Of a stretch of 64,000 bases of DNA, positions 16,409 through 26,100 are shown piece by piece. This DNA is from Chthoniobacteraceae bacterium (lineage in GTDB: Bacteria; Verrucomicrobiota; Verrucomicrobiia; Chthoniobacterales; Chthoniobacteraceae). The notes beneath the pieces are model-generated. The model searched no databases, was not told where the DNA came from, and saw nothing but the letters and a program-made list of their open reading frames with translations. Position 1 is the stretch's first letter. Each line of letters opens with the position of its first letter. Location of the stretch: contig JBEBGD010000014.1 of assembly GCA_040081625.1 (NCBI GenBank), positions 1 to 64,000 of the forward strand, read 5' to 3'. The position numbers and the translations under genes were made by a program.

Positions 16409-17805
16409 TGGCGGTCGGGGTCCGGCTTGGCTTCGTCCTTCTTCTTGTCTTCCTTCGGCGCGCCGCCAAAGAAATTGCCGATCAGATCCTGAAGCTTCCC
16501 CTTCACGTTCTTGCCGATGAGCTTTTCCGGGAGGTCGGTCTTCGGTTTGTCGTTCTTTCCGCTGATCTTGAAGTCGAGCCCATACTGGCCGTCCTCGAGT
16601 TTCGTGAAGCTGCCGACCGCGATCTCGGGCAGAGTCTTCGCGACTCGCTCGCTCACGCTCAGGCGCGCATCGAGAGCGAGTTTGCCGTCGAATCTCGAGA
16701 CGCCGCTCGCAGCGATGCGCAGGTTCTCGGTCGTTAAAACGAGCGGGTCGATGAATACTTTTTCGTCGCGCAGGGTGAAGTCCGCCCGGGTCTCGCGCGG
16801 CTGGAAGTTCGCCAGCTCGCCGAGGTCGAGCAGTTGCGCGATCGACTCGAACACCTCGAGTTGCTTGAAGTGTCCACCTTCGATGCGCACGTGGCCGGGC
16901 CCTTCGAGCCGGGCGATTTGATCGGTCCGGCCAGTCACATCCGCTTCGCCGGAGAGCCGCCCGGCGACTTCGCCATCGCCCCAGCCGCCGACGCCGGCCA
17001 GCGCGTCGAGATTCACCGACCGCACTTCGACCCGGGCCTTGAACGGCTGGCCGTCAGCGCGCGTATCCATCTCATAGCGCCCATGGATCGCGCCGCCGAA
17101 GCTCGTCGCGGTGAGTTCGTCGAGCAGGAGCGTGTCATTTCCGTAGCTGAGGTTTGTCCGGAAACCCTCGAAGGCGTAGCGACCGCCCCAGACCAATTGT
17201 GCGGCCGCCACCGTGCCGGCGATCTGTCCGGCGTCGATCCTGGCAAAATCCAGCGTCACGTCAGTCGCGGTGATTACCGGTTCCCGCCGCGAGTTGCTCA
17301 ACACGACATTGCCGCGCACCACCTTCACGCCTTGCACGAGCACGCTGGCCTTGCGCGACTGCGACTTGTCCTTCGGTTTGCTGGCTTCCTCCGTGAGCGG
17401 CTTCTCCGTCGTCGGCTTCTCCGGGGAAGGCCACGTCCAGCGGCCCTCGGCGTCCTGCGGCCAGTCGAACGTCGGCTGCTCCAGCGTGATGTCGCGAACC
17501 ACGAACTCGCCGGAGAGCAGCGGTCGCAAAGCGAGTGTTCCCTCCAGCGCGCTCGCTTTGATGGTCGGCTGCCCGGCACCGTCGCCATCGGGCGTGGTGA
17601 TCCCCTCGACCCGCAGCTTCGACGGCCAGTGGATCACGACACTCTGAAAATTCACCGGGAGCTTAAGCGCCTTGCCGAGCGCCTGTTCGAGTTGCGCTCG
17701 CCCGCCCTCGCCCTGCACGTAGGCGCGCAACACGACAAGCCCGAGCACGCTGAGCAGGAGCAGCGCGGCGAGTGAAATGAGAATGACCTTTGAAAGACGC
17801 TTCAC
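16405..17805 (-). CDS. AsmA-family protein
   Basis: N-terminal TM, LRPLLSGEFVVRDITLEQP, beta-rich body, C-terminal FKISG..DKP. Confidence 0.8.
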   Translation of the reverse strand: MKRLSKVILISLAALLLLSVLGLVVLRAYVQGEGGRAQLEQALGKALKLPVNFQSVVIHWPSKLRVEGITTPDGDGAGQPTIKASALEGTLALRPLLSGEFVVRDITLEQPTFDWPQDAEGRWTWPSPEKPTTEKPLTEEASKPKDKSQSRKASVLVQGVKVVRGNVVLSNSRREPVITATDVTLDFARIDAGQIAGTVAAAQLVWGGRYAFEGFRTNLSYGNDTLLLDELTATSFGGAIHGRYEMDTRADGQPFKARVEVRSVNLDALAGVGGWGDGEVAGRLSGEADVTGRTDQIARLEGPGHVRIEGGHFKQLEVFESIAQLLDLGELANFQPRETRADFTLRDEKVFIDPLVLTTENLRIAASGVSRFDGKLALDARLSVSERVAKTLPEIAVGSFTKLEDGQYGLDFKISGKNDKPKTDLPEKLIGKNVKGKLQDLIGNFFGGAPKEDKKKDEAKPDPDRQ

Positions 17806-17876
17806 GATGCCGATGCTACGGGCACCGCCGCGCCAAGAAAAGGCCGGATTCCCCTGCCCTGTGCAGAACTTTCGTT

Positions 17877-18734
17877 TTGGACGACATCCTCATCATCATC
17901 AACCCCGCTGCCCGCAGCGACCGCGCGCGCTCGATGCACCAAAAGTTCGCCGCGTTGCCGAACGCACGCATCGAGCCGACCACCGGGCCGGGCGATGCGG
18001 GCCGGATCGCACAACGGGCAGCAGCCGAGGGGCGCCGCCTCGTCGTCGCCGCCGGTGGCGATGGGACGATCAATGAAGTGGTCAACGGTCTCGCCGGCAG
18101 CGGCACCGCGCTCGGAATTCTGCCGGCCGGGACGATGAATGTCTTCGCCACCGAGCTGGGACTGCCGGGCGATTTTGAAAAGGCGTGGGCAATCATCGAG
18201 GCGGGCCGCACGCGCACGATCGATCTCGCGCTGGCGAACGATCAATACTTCGTGCAGCTCGCCGGCGTCGGTTTCGACGCGCAGGTGGTCGAGCGCACGA
18301 CCAGCGAGTTCAAACGAAACTTCGGCCCGCTCAGCTACATCTTCAACGCCGCCCACCTCGCCGCCCAGACGCCGCCGCGATTGATCATCGAACACGACGG
18401 CTTCACGCACGAAGGTGGCCTCGTGCTGATCGGCAACGGCCGCTACTACGGCATGCCGCTGGAGATGTTCGCCGATGCGCGTCTCGACGACGGCCTGCTC
18501 GATGTAGTCATCGCGCGCGAGGTCAATCACCTCGCCCTTCTGCGCTTGTTCAGCGGAGTCGTCACCGGCACGCACATGGACTTCGAGGACATCGATTACT
18601 TCCAGACGCGCGAGCTGCGCGTGACCAGCGCGGACGAAGTGCCGGTCGAAGTCGATGGCGAGCTGGCGGGAAAACTACCCGCGACTTTCCGCATCGCGCC
18701 GCATCGGCTCGACGTGGTGGTCGGCGAGTCCTGA
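17877..18734 (+). CDS. Diacylglycerol/lipid kinase family (YegS/DAGK)
   Basis: IINPAA, AGGDGTINEVVNG, ILPAGTMNVFA, GVGFDA, DDGLLD, VEVDGE; likely TTG start at 17877. Confidence 0.92.
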   Translation: MDDILIIINPAARSDRARSMHQKFAALPNARIEPTTGPGDAGRIAQRAAAEGRRLVVAAGGDGTINEVVNGLAGSGTALGILPAGTMNVFATELGLPGDFEKAWAIIEAGRTRTIDLALANDQYFVQLAGVGFDAQVVERTTSEFKRNFGPLSYIFNAAHLAAQTPPRLIIEHDGFTHEGGLVLIGNGRYYGMPLEMFADARLDDGLLDVVIAREVNHLALLRLFSGVVTGTHMDFEDIDYFQTRELRVTSADEVPVEVDGELAGKLPATFRIAPHRLDVVVGES

Positions 18735-18745
18735 AATCCGCGCGA

Positions 18746-18835
18746 CTATTTCGAGCGCAGGATGTGGCGGAAGACGATTGTCGCTTCGGTGATGGCGATG
18801 ATGAAGCCGAGAAGAGCCCAGAGGTATGCTGACAT
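18746..18835 (-). CDS. Candidate 29-aa single-TM peptide
   Basis: MSAYLWALLGFIIAITEATIVFRHILRSK lies wholly in an intergenic gap and has GC3-rich codons. Confidence 0.45.
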   Translation of the reverse strand: MSAYLWALLGFIIAITEATIVFRHILRSK

Positions 18836-18979
18836 GGCGATCGATGGAGTTTGAGTTTCGTTGCTGATGACGCGGTGAAGTTGGCGCGTTCGCTCACAGC
18901 CGCTCGCCGTCCGTTGCCGGGGAATGCACGTGGATTGTCCAAACAAGCGCGAGGCCCGGCGGTTCTCCACGCACCCACC

Positions 18980-21517
18980 ATGCGCACCCTCCTCACGCTT
19001 CTTGCCCTCAGCACATTCATTCACGCCGCTCCCGAGGCATTCGAGGTCGGATCGGACAAGATCGATCAACTCCCGCGCGGCAAGGAAGCCGACGGGATCA
19101 TCGGCGACTTCGTGCTCCGCAACGACAAGATCGAAGCCGTCATCTCCGGCAACCTCCCCTTGCGCCGCGCGAATATGAGCACGTTTTACGGCGACGACGG
19201 CATCACGCCCGGCTGCCTTTACGACCTCACGCTGCGCGGCGCGAACAACGACCAGATCGTGATCTTCGGCCCGACAGCGCAGCAGGGCCGCGTGTCGTGG
19301 GTGCGCGTCGGAAAGAATGGCAAGGACGGCGAGGCGAGCGTCGAGTGCGTCGTCACCGGCGCACTGAACGGCGGCCTCGCGAAGCGACACGAATACAAGC
19401 TGCGCGACGGCTGGCAGGGCGTGCTCGTGACTACGACCGTGACGAATGAGGGAGCGGACGCGCAGAAGATCGCGCTCGCCGACAAGTGGACGAACTTCAA
19501 GCGCATGGGTTCCGCGTTCAGCATCGCATGGGCGGAAGCCATCGATCCCGCGGACCGCGCGGGCTACGCCTACGGCGTCACCGAGGCGCCGGCGGGCTTC
19601 GCTCCGACGAAGCCGACGGACTTGAAACCCGGCGAGTCACTCACCTTTTCGCGATTCCTCGCGGTCGGGCATTCACCACTCGAAGCCGTGGGGCTCGTCG
19701 CGGAGAGGCGCGGCGTGGTCGGGCAGGTCAGCGGGGTATTGAAAGACAAAGCCGGCAAGCCCGTTAGCGGCGGGCAACTTCTCATCAGTGCCGCCGCGAG
19801 CACCGCCGGCGTCGCGCAGACGGACAAGGACGGCCGCTTCGCCTTCGCGCTGCCGGAAGGGAAATACAGCGCGGAGATCACCGACCAGGGCCGTGCGACC
19901 GTGACACGGGAGTTTGAAGTGAAAGCCGGCGCCGCGACGAAGCTCGACGCCACGCTCGCCGCCGCATCGGCGATCCAGTTCGACATCCGCGACGAAGCGA
20001 AGCGCTCCATCCCGTGCAAGGCGCAGTTTCTCGCCGAGGAAGGCACCGAGCTCGTGAACCTCGGCCCCGAGATGCGCGCTCGCGGCTGCAAGGATCAGTA
20101 TCACAGCGAGCGCGGCGAGTTCCGCGTGCAGCTTCCGCCGGGGAAATATCGCGTCGTCGTCACGCGCGGCATCGAGCACAGCCATCTCTCCCGCACGATC
20201 GAACTGAAGCCCGGCGAGACCGCAAGTTTCTCCGGCACGCTCAAACGCCTCGTCGATACGGCCGGCTGGGTCAGCGCCGACTACCACAACCACTCCACGC
20301 CCAGCGGCGACAACGTGTGCGGCACCGACGATCGCATCATCAATCTCGCCGCCGAGCACATCGAGTTCGCGCCGACCACGGAGCACAACCGGCTCTACGA
20401 TTGGAGCCCGCACATCGAGCGGCTCAAGCTGAGCGACTACGTGCAGACCGTCCCCGGCATGGAACTCACCGGCAGCGCCGCACACTTCAACGCCTTCCCC
20501 TTCAAACCCGAACCCGGCAAGCAGGACAGCGGCGCGCCCGTCTGGAACAAAGACCCGCGCATCACCGCCATCACGCTGCGCGACTGGCAGGGCGCCGAGC
20601 CGGATCGCTGGATTCAGATCAACCATCCCGACATGACGAAGAACTTCTCCGACGCGGACGACGACGGTCGCGCCGATGGCGGCTTCACGGGCCTCGCGAT
20701 GCTCATCGATGGCGTCGAAACGCAAAACTACAGCGACAGCAACATCCTCCACCCGGCTCCGTATCGCATCGGTCGCGGACGGGACGGCAAGGAGAACGCG
20801 AGCGAAGTGCGCGAGTTCGTGTGGCTGCAAATGCTCAACCGCGGCCATCGTTACGTCGGCGTGGCCGTGTGCGACGCGCACACCGTCTGGGGCAACGGCG
20901 TCGGCGGCTGGCGCATGTATATGCCCAGCGCGAGTGACGAGCCCGCGAAGATCGACTGGCGTGAGAACTCGCGCCACGCGAAGGCCGGCCGCAGCATTCT
21001 CACCAGCGGCCCCTACCTCACCGTCGCGACGAGCGACGGCACGCTCCCCGGCGGCACCACGCGCGCGCAGAGCGGCGGCGTGAAGCTGCGAGTGAAGGTG
21101 CAATGCACCGACTGGATCGACATCGACCGCGTGCAGGTGCTCGTGAATGGCCGCCAGCCCGCCGACCTGAGCTTCACCCGCGCGACGCACCCGAAGATGT
21201 TTGCCGACGGCGTGGTGAAGTTCGAGCGCGAGATCTTCGTCCCGCTCGCACAGGACGCGCACATCATCGTCGTCGCGCGCGGCGAGAAGAGCACGCTCGC
21301 GACTGGCTTCGGCACGTCCGGTCAGGCCAATGTCCGCCCGACCGCCTACAACAACCCGATCTTCGTCGATGCCGATGGCGGCGGCTTCACGCCGAATGGC
21401 GACACGCTCGGCTGGCCTCTCCCGGTGAAGAAGCCCAACCTCGACGAGATCAAGCGCCAGCTCGCCGCCAACGGTCTCCCCGCCGTCCCGCCGCCGGTGA
21501 AGACGATCGCGCCGTAG
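18980..21517 (+). CDS. Secreted PHP-type (CehA/McbA-family) metallohydrolase with carboxypeptidase-regulatory-like domains
   Basis: Signal peptide MRTLLTLLALSTFIHA; ADYHNHS, TTEHN, HFNAFP, INHP, CDAH. Confidence 0.85.
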   Translation: MRTLLTLLALSTFIHAAPEAFEVGSDKIDQLPRGKEADGIIGDFVLRNDKIEAVISGNLPLRRANMSTFYGDDGITPGCLYDLTLRGANNDQIVIFGPTAQQGRVSWVRVGKNGKDGEASVECVVTGALNGGLAKRHEYKLRDGWQGVLVTTTVTNEGADAQKIALADKWTNFKRMGSAFSIAWAEAIDPADRAGYAYGVTEAPAGFAPTKPTDLKPGESLTFSRFLAVGHSPLEAVGLVAERRGVVGQVSGVLKDKAGKPVSGGQLLISAAASTAGVAQTDKDGRFAFALPEGKYSAEITDQGRATVTREFEVKAGAATKLDATLAAASAIQFDIRDEAKRSIPCKAQFLAEEGTELVNLGPEMRARGCKDQYHSERGEFRVQLPPGKYRVVVTRGIEHSHLSRTIELKPGETASFSGTLKRLVDTAGWVSADYHNHSTPSGDNVCGTDDRIINLAAEHIEFAPTTEHNRLYDWSPHIERLKLSDYVQTVPGMELTGSAAHFNAFPFKPEPGKQDSGAPVWNKDPRITAITLRDWQGAEPDRWIQINHPDMTKNFSDADDDGRADGGFTGLAMLIDGVETQNYSDSNILHPAPYRIGRGRDGKENASEVREFVWLQMLNRGHRYVGVAVCDAHTVWGNGVGGWRMYMPSASDEPAKIDWRENSRHAKAGRSILTSGPYLTVATSDGTLPGGTTRAQSGGVKLRVKVQCTDWIDIDRVQVLVNGRQPADLSFTRATHPKMFADGVVKFEREIFVPLAQDAHIIVVARGEKSTLATGFGTSGQANVRPTAYNNPIFVDADGGGFTPNGDTLGWPLPVKKPNLDEIKRQLAANGLPAVPPPVKTIAP

Positions 21518-21519
21518 CC

Positions 21520-21615
21520 GGAGCGCCGGCGTCCCCGCCGGCCACTCATGGCCGCGCAGCGGGAATCTTCCGGCTTCGCCGCGGGTATTCGTGGCCAGCG
21601 AGACGCTGGCGCTCC
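21520..21615. repeat. REP/REPIN-like palindromic element
   Basis: GGAGCGCCGGCGTCCCCGCCGGCCAC ... GTGGCCAGCGAGACGCTGGCGCTCC inverted arms. Confidence 0.7.
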
Positions 21616-21631
21616 ATACCGCCGACCTGCT

Positions 21632-22984
21632 ATGACGACGTCCATGACCTCCCGCCTTCTCCTACTCGCCCTCACCGTCCCAGCGCTCGCTGCTCCACCT
21701 GAGCCGAAGTTCAAGCACGTCACCATCGATCCCGCGATCCAGATCGGCTACGGCGTCGCCGTCGCCGACGTGGATGGCGACAAAGCGCCCGACGTGCTGC
21801 TCGCGGACAAGAAGCAGTTCGTCTGGTATCGCAACCCCGGCGCCGCCGAGGTCGGCGACGCCGCCGCGTGGACCAAGCACATCCTCGCCGAGAACCTCAC
21901 CGAGAAAGACAACGTCTGCATCGCCGCGCAGGACCTCGACGGTGACGGCAAGTGCGAAGTCGCTGTCGGTGGCGAATGGAACCCCGGCGACACCGAGAAG
22001 AGCGGCGCCGTCTTCTACCTCATCGCGCCCGCCGACCGCACGCAGCGCTGGGAAGCGGTGAAGTTCCCAGCCGTCGAGCCGACCACGCACCGGATGAAAT
22101 GGATCCGGCTGGAAGCCGGGGTTGAGGGTCCCGGGTCTCAGGTTTCAGGTTCCACCGCGAAACCCGAAACTGGAAACCCGAAACCCGAAACCTGGGGCCT
22201 CGTCGTGGTGCCGCTCCACGGACGCGGCAATAAGAACGGCGAAGGCGCGCCGGTCAAAGTGCTCTGCTACCGCAAGCCCGCCGACGTGCGCGGCGAGTGG
22301 AAGGCGGAGATCGTCGATGAGTCGATGCACATGACGCATAACTTCGACATTATTCCCGATGCTACCCGTCCCTCCCTCGTCATCGCCGGTCGCGAAGGCA
22401 TGCGCCATGTGTCCCGCCAAGGCGACGGCTGGAAAGCCGACACCGATCATTTCCCGCAGCGAAGTTTTACGCCCGATTCAAAAGGTGCTGGCGAGATTCG
22501 GCGTGGAGCGACGGTCGCCCGACTGCCAGCACCTCCATTTTACTCCGCGATCGAAGTGCCCAAGCCCAAGCGGAAACAAGGCGAGTTTTTCTGCACAATC
22601 GAGCCGATGCACGGCACGTCGCTCGTCGCTTACGTGACAGTCGAGGGCCGCCAAGGCGTGCGGCAATTTCTTCACCCCGTTCTCACCGACCAACTCGCCG
22701 ACGGCCACGCGCTCGCTTGTGGCGACGTGCTCGGCGCGGGGAGCGACCAGATCGTCGTCGGCTGGCGAGGCAACCCGCAGAAGCCCCGCCCGGTCGGCAT
22801 CAAGCTCTTCACCCCGCTCGACGACACCGGCGACCAGTGGCGCGAGAGCTTCATCGACGACAACGAGATGGCCTGCGAAGACCTCGTCCTCGCCGACCTC
22901 AACGCCGACGGCAAACTCGACGTCGTCGCCAGCGGCCGCGCGACCAAGAACCTGAAGATCTACCTGAACGAGACAGGGCGGTAG
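21632..22984 (+). CDS. Secreted FG-GAP/VCBS beta-propeller protein (aldos-2-ulose dehydratase-like propeller)
   Basis: Signal peptide; DVDGDKAPD, DLDGDGKCE, DLNADGKLD; PTTHRMKW, EPMHG, GHALACGD. Confidence 0.8.
   Translation: MTTSMTSRLLLLALTVPALAAPPEPKFKHVTIDPAIQIGYGVAVADVDGDKAPDVLLADKKQFVWYRNPGAAEVGDAAAWTKHILAENLTEKDNVCIAAQDLDGDGKCEVAVGGEWNPGDTEKSGAVFYLIAPADRTQRWEAVKFPAVEPTTHRMKWIRLEAGVEGPGSQVSGSTAKPETGNPKPETWGLVVVPLHGRGNKNGEGAPVKVLCYRKPADVRGEWKAEIVDESMHMTHNFDIIPDATRPSLVIAGREGMRHVSRQGDGWKADTDHFPQRSFTPDSKGAGEIRRGATVARLPAPPFYSAIEVPKPKRKQGEFFCTIEPMHGTSLVAYVTVEGRQGVRQFLHPVLTDQLADGHALACGDVLGAGSDQIVVGWRGNPQKPRPVGIKLFTPLDDTGDQWRESFIDDNEMACEDLVLADLNADGKLDVVASGRATKNLKIYLNETGR
22119..22193. repeat. 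In-frame palindromic heptamer element
   Basis: Five GGGTTTC-like units, a 5-nt loop, then five GAAACCC-like units; 75 bp in total. Confidence 0.8.
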
Positions 22985-22991
22985 AAACCAA

Positions 22992-23098
22992 GGAGGGGCG
23001 GCGTCCCTCCGCCCTGAACGCCGAAGGCGTTCCAAACGGACGCGAGATACGGGAGCCCCTCCCGCGGCCCAGGGCGGCGGGACCCGCGCCTGCTTTTT
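22992..23098. repeat. REP-like inverted repeat between convergent genes (possible terminator)
   Basis: CCGCCCTG/CAGGGCGG arms enclosing the hairpin GAACGCCGAAGGCGTTC; ends in TTTTT. Confidence 0.6.
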
Positions 23099-23100
23099 GC

Positions 23101-26100
23101 CTAGTCCCCCTTACCGAAGTTCACCTTCGCGTAGAGCTCCGTGCCAGGCGCGAGCGTGAAGTTGTCATCACCCGCGCCAAGTTTGACCTGGACGGCCTCG
23201 AAGCCCGTGTAGGTCACGCTCGCGCCGAGGCCGAGGCCGGTGAGCGCGGTGAGCGTGAGCGCGCCGGTGTTGCCGAGCGTGTAACCGCTGTCGTCCACCA
23301 GCAGCAGATCCTTGTCTTTGAGGTTAGTGCCGGCGTCGAGGGTCACGGGGCCGCGGAGGGTGTTCACCACGCTGCCCGGGAATGGCCCGCTGTTGCCCAG
23401 CACCACCTTGTCGGTGCCGAGGCCGGTGTTCACGTCGAGCGCGAGGACGGTGTTCTTGATGTAAACGGTGTCATTGCCCGCGCCGGTGTCGAGCGTGGCG
23501 GTGAAGTCGGCGGTATTGCCGACGATGAAGCGATCGGCGCCGCTGCCGAGCCGGATGTGCAGCGCATTGAACCCGAAGAAGCCGATCCCGGCGCGGCCCA
23601 TGCCGAGGCCGCGGATGTCGTTGAGGCCGAGCTCGCCGGAGTTCGCTCCCTTGTCGGCGGAATCGTCGATGTTCAGCGTGTCGGTGGCGCTGCCGGTGAG
23701 GGTGATGGCGCCCTTGATGGCGTTGAGCGAGTGGAGTGCGCCACCGGCATTCACGGTGTTCGCGCCCGCGCCGAGGAGCAACCGTGCGATGGTGCCGGCA
23801 CCGGAGCCGGCCAGCGCGACAACGTCGGCGCCGGAACCGAGCGCGATATTGAAGACGCCGACGCCGCGGTAGCCGATCGCGCCGCTGCCGAAGCCGCTGA
23901 GCTGCGTGGCGGACAGCGTGATCGTCTTGCCGCCGGTCGATGCCGAGTCGTCCACGTTCAGCACGTCGTTCTTCCCGCCGGCCACATCCACGCGACCCTG
24001 CACGCCGTCGATGATCCCGCTCGCGCCTGGCAAAACGCCGGCGGAGCTGCCGATGTTCACGACGTTGAAGCCCACGTTCGCCTTGATCGTGACGAGCGTG
24101 CCCGCGGCGCTCGACGGCACATTCATCGTGTCGTTGCCCGCGCCGCCATCGACGGTCACCTTCGTGCCGCGAATGATCGGCGCGACGTTGAACGTATCGT
24201 CGCCCGCGTCGCCGACGAGCTGGTCGCTGCCGTCGGTCGAGAGCAGCGAGTCATTGCCGAGGCTGCCGCGGACGATGTCATTACCTTTGCCGCCATCGAG
24301 AACATCGCCGCCGTCGCCGCCATTGAGCGTGTCGTCGCCGAAGCCGCCGAGCAGCGTGTCGTTGCCCTTGCCGCCGGTGAGGATGTCGCGGCCAGCGCCG
24401 CCGTCGATGAGCGTCGGGATCGGGTCGAGCTTGTCGCTGATGGTGATCTTGTCGTCGCCACGCCCGCCATAAACCTCGATGCGGCTGAGCAGAGAGAAGG
24501 TGAAGTCCTGCGTGAACTTCTCCGTGCCGAGCTCCGTCTCGTCGATGGTCAGCGTGAGCGTATCGAGTGTGCGGGACTTGGCGAAGTCGATCTTATCCGC
24601 GCCGGGACTGCCGCCGATGATGAGGATGGTCTTGCCGGGGTTCGCCGGGTCGTTCAGCTCGAGCAACCGCGCGACGGTCAGCGCACGCGTGGCTGTGAGG
24701 ACGGCGCCAGTGTCGCGATTCGCGAGCGTGAACTCGACGCTGTAGGTGGCGTCGTTATCCGGCGTGAAGCGGAACAGATTCCCGCGGCCCGTCGCGACGA
24801 CGGAGCTCGCCGCGTCGAGGACGAGCCATGTCGCGTCGTAGTTGCCGACGATCGCCGAGCCATCGAGCAATGCGCGGAAGTCGAGCGTCTGCCCGCGCAC
24901 GCCTTGTGTCGGTCCGGCGATGCCGGGGCCGGCCCCGGCGGCAGCAGTGACGTTCAGCGCGAGAACCTCGAGCGGCAGGTCGGTGCTGCCGAACGCGCCA
25001 TTCGCCGGATCGGCGAGCGTGAAGCGCACCGCGAAGTGGCCAGCGGTCGCTGGTGCAAAGACAAACTGCGCGCCCGTGCCCTGCGCGACGACCGCGTTGC
25101 TCTCGTCAGTCACATTCCAGGACATCGTGAACACGCCGGTGATCGCCGCGCCATTGAGGAGGCCATCGAATGTGAGCGGTTGGCCGCGGACGCCGGTCAG
25201 CGGGCCGGTGAGAGCGACGTTCAGCGTGGTGCTGGCGGGGCTGACGTTCAGCGCGGCAGTCGCGTGACCGAGCGCGCCGCTCGCCGGATCGGCGAGATCG
25301 AACCGCACGATGAACTGACCCGTTGCAGCCGGCGTGAAGCTGAAATTCGCGCCGCTGCCGCTGGCGATCACGGTCGCGCCGTCGAGCACCGACCACGCGG
25401 AGACGAAGCCCGCCGGCCACGTGGCGCCTTCGAGCAGCGCGAGGAAGTTCACGGCCTGGCCACGCACCGCAGCCGTCGGGCCGCTGAAGCCGACATTCAG
25501 CGCGGGCGCGATGCCATTCACGGTGAGCGTCGTGACAGTCGAGATCGACGCCGCCCCGTCGGTCAGCGTGAAGTGAACGGCGAATTGTCCATTCGCCGGC
25601 GCGGCGAAGGTGAACTGCGCTCCACTGCCGGCGGCGATCAGCATGTTCCCGCCATCGAAGACCTGCCACACCGCCGTCGCACCGACCGGGATCGCGCCGA
25701 GCGCATGGAAGGTCCGCAGTTGTCCGACGACGCCTTCGATCGGGCCGCCGATGCCCGCGGCGAGATTCGCAGTCGCGGCGCCGACGATGAGCGTCGTGTC
25801 GGCCACTCCGACGACGGTCGCGGTCGAATCGGTGAGCGTGAGCTGCACGGTGAACGCGCCAGTCGCCGTGGGCATGTAGGCGAAGGCGGCGCCGATGCTG
25901 GTGGCGATGACCATGCTCGCGCTGTCCAGCACGCGCCACGTCGCGGTGTAGCCGGAGAGGGCGCCGAGTAGCGCGCTGTAATCGAGCACTTGTCCGACCG
26001 CTGCGATCGTCGGGCCGGTGAGGCCGAGCGTCTGGTCGAGCGGGCCTGCGGGCGGTGCGTCTGTGATCCCGAGCACGAGCGAAGCGTGGCCGACCGCGCC

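Noticed and set aside
18746..19390. 214-aa minus-strand ORF
   Set aside because: Mostly antisense to the metallohydrolase; only the last 29 codons are plausible.
14500..21631. Longest-ORF starts 15945 (waaA), 17790, 18851 and 21548
   Set aside because: The extensions overlap neighbouring genes or repeats, or precede clear signal peptides; downstream starts were chosen.
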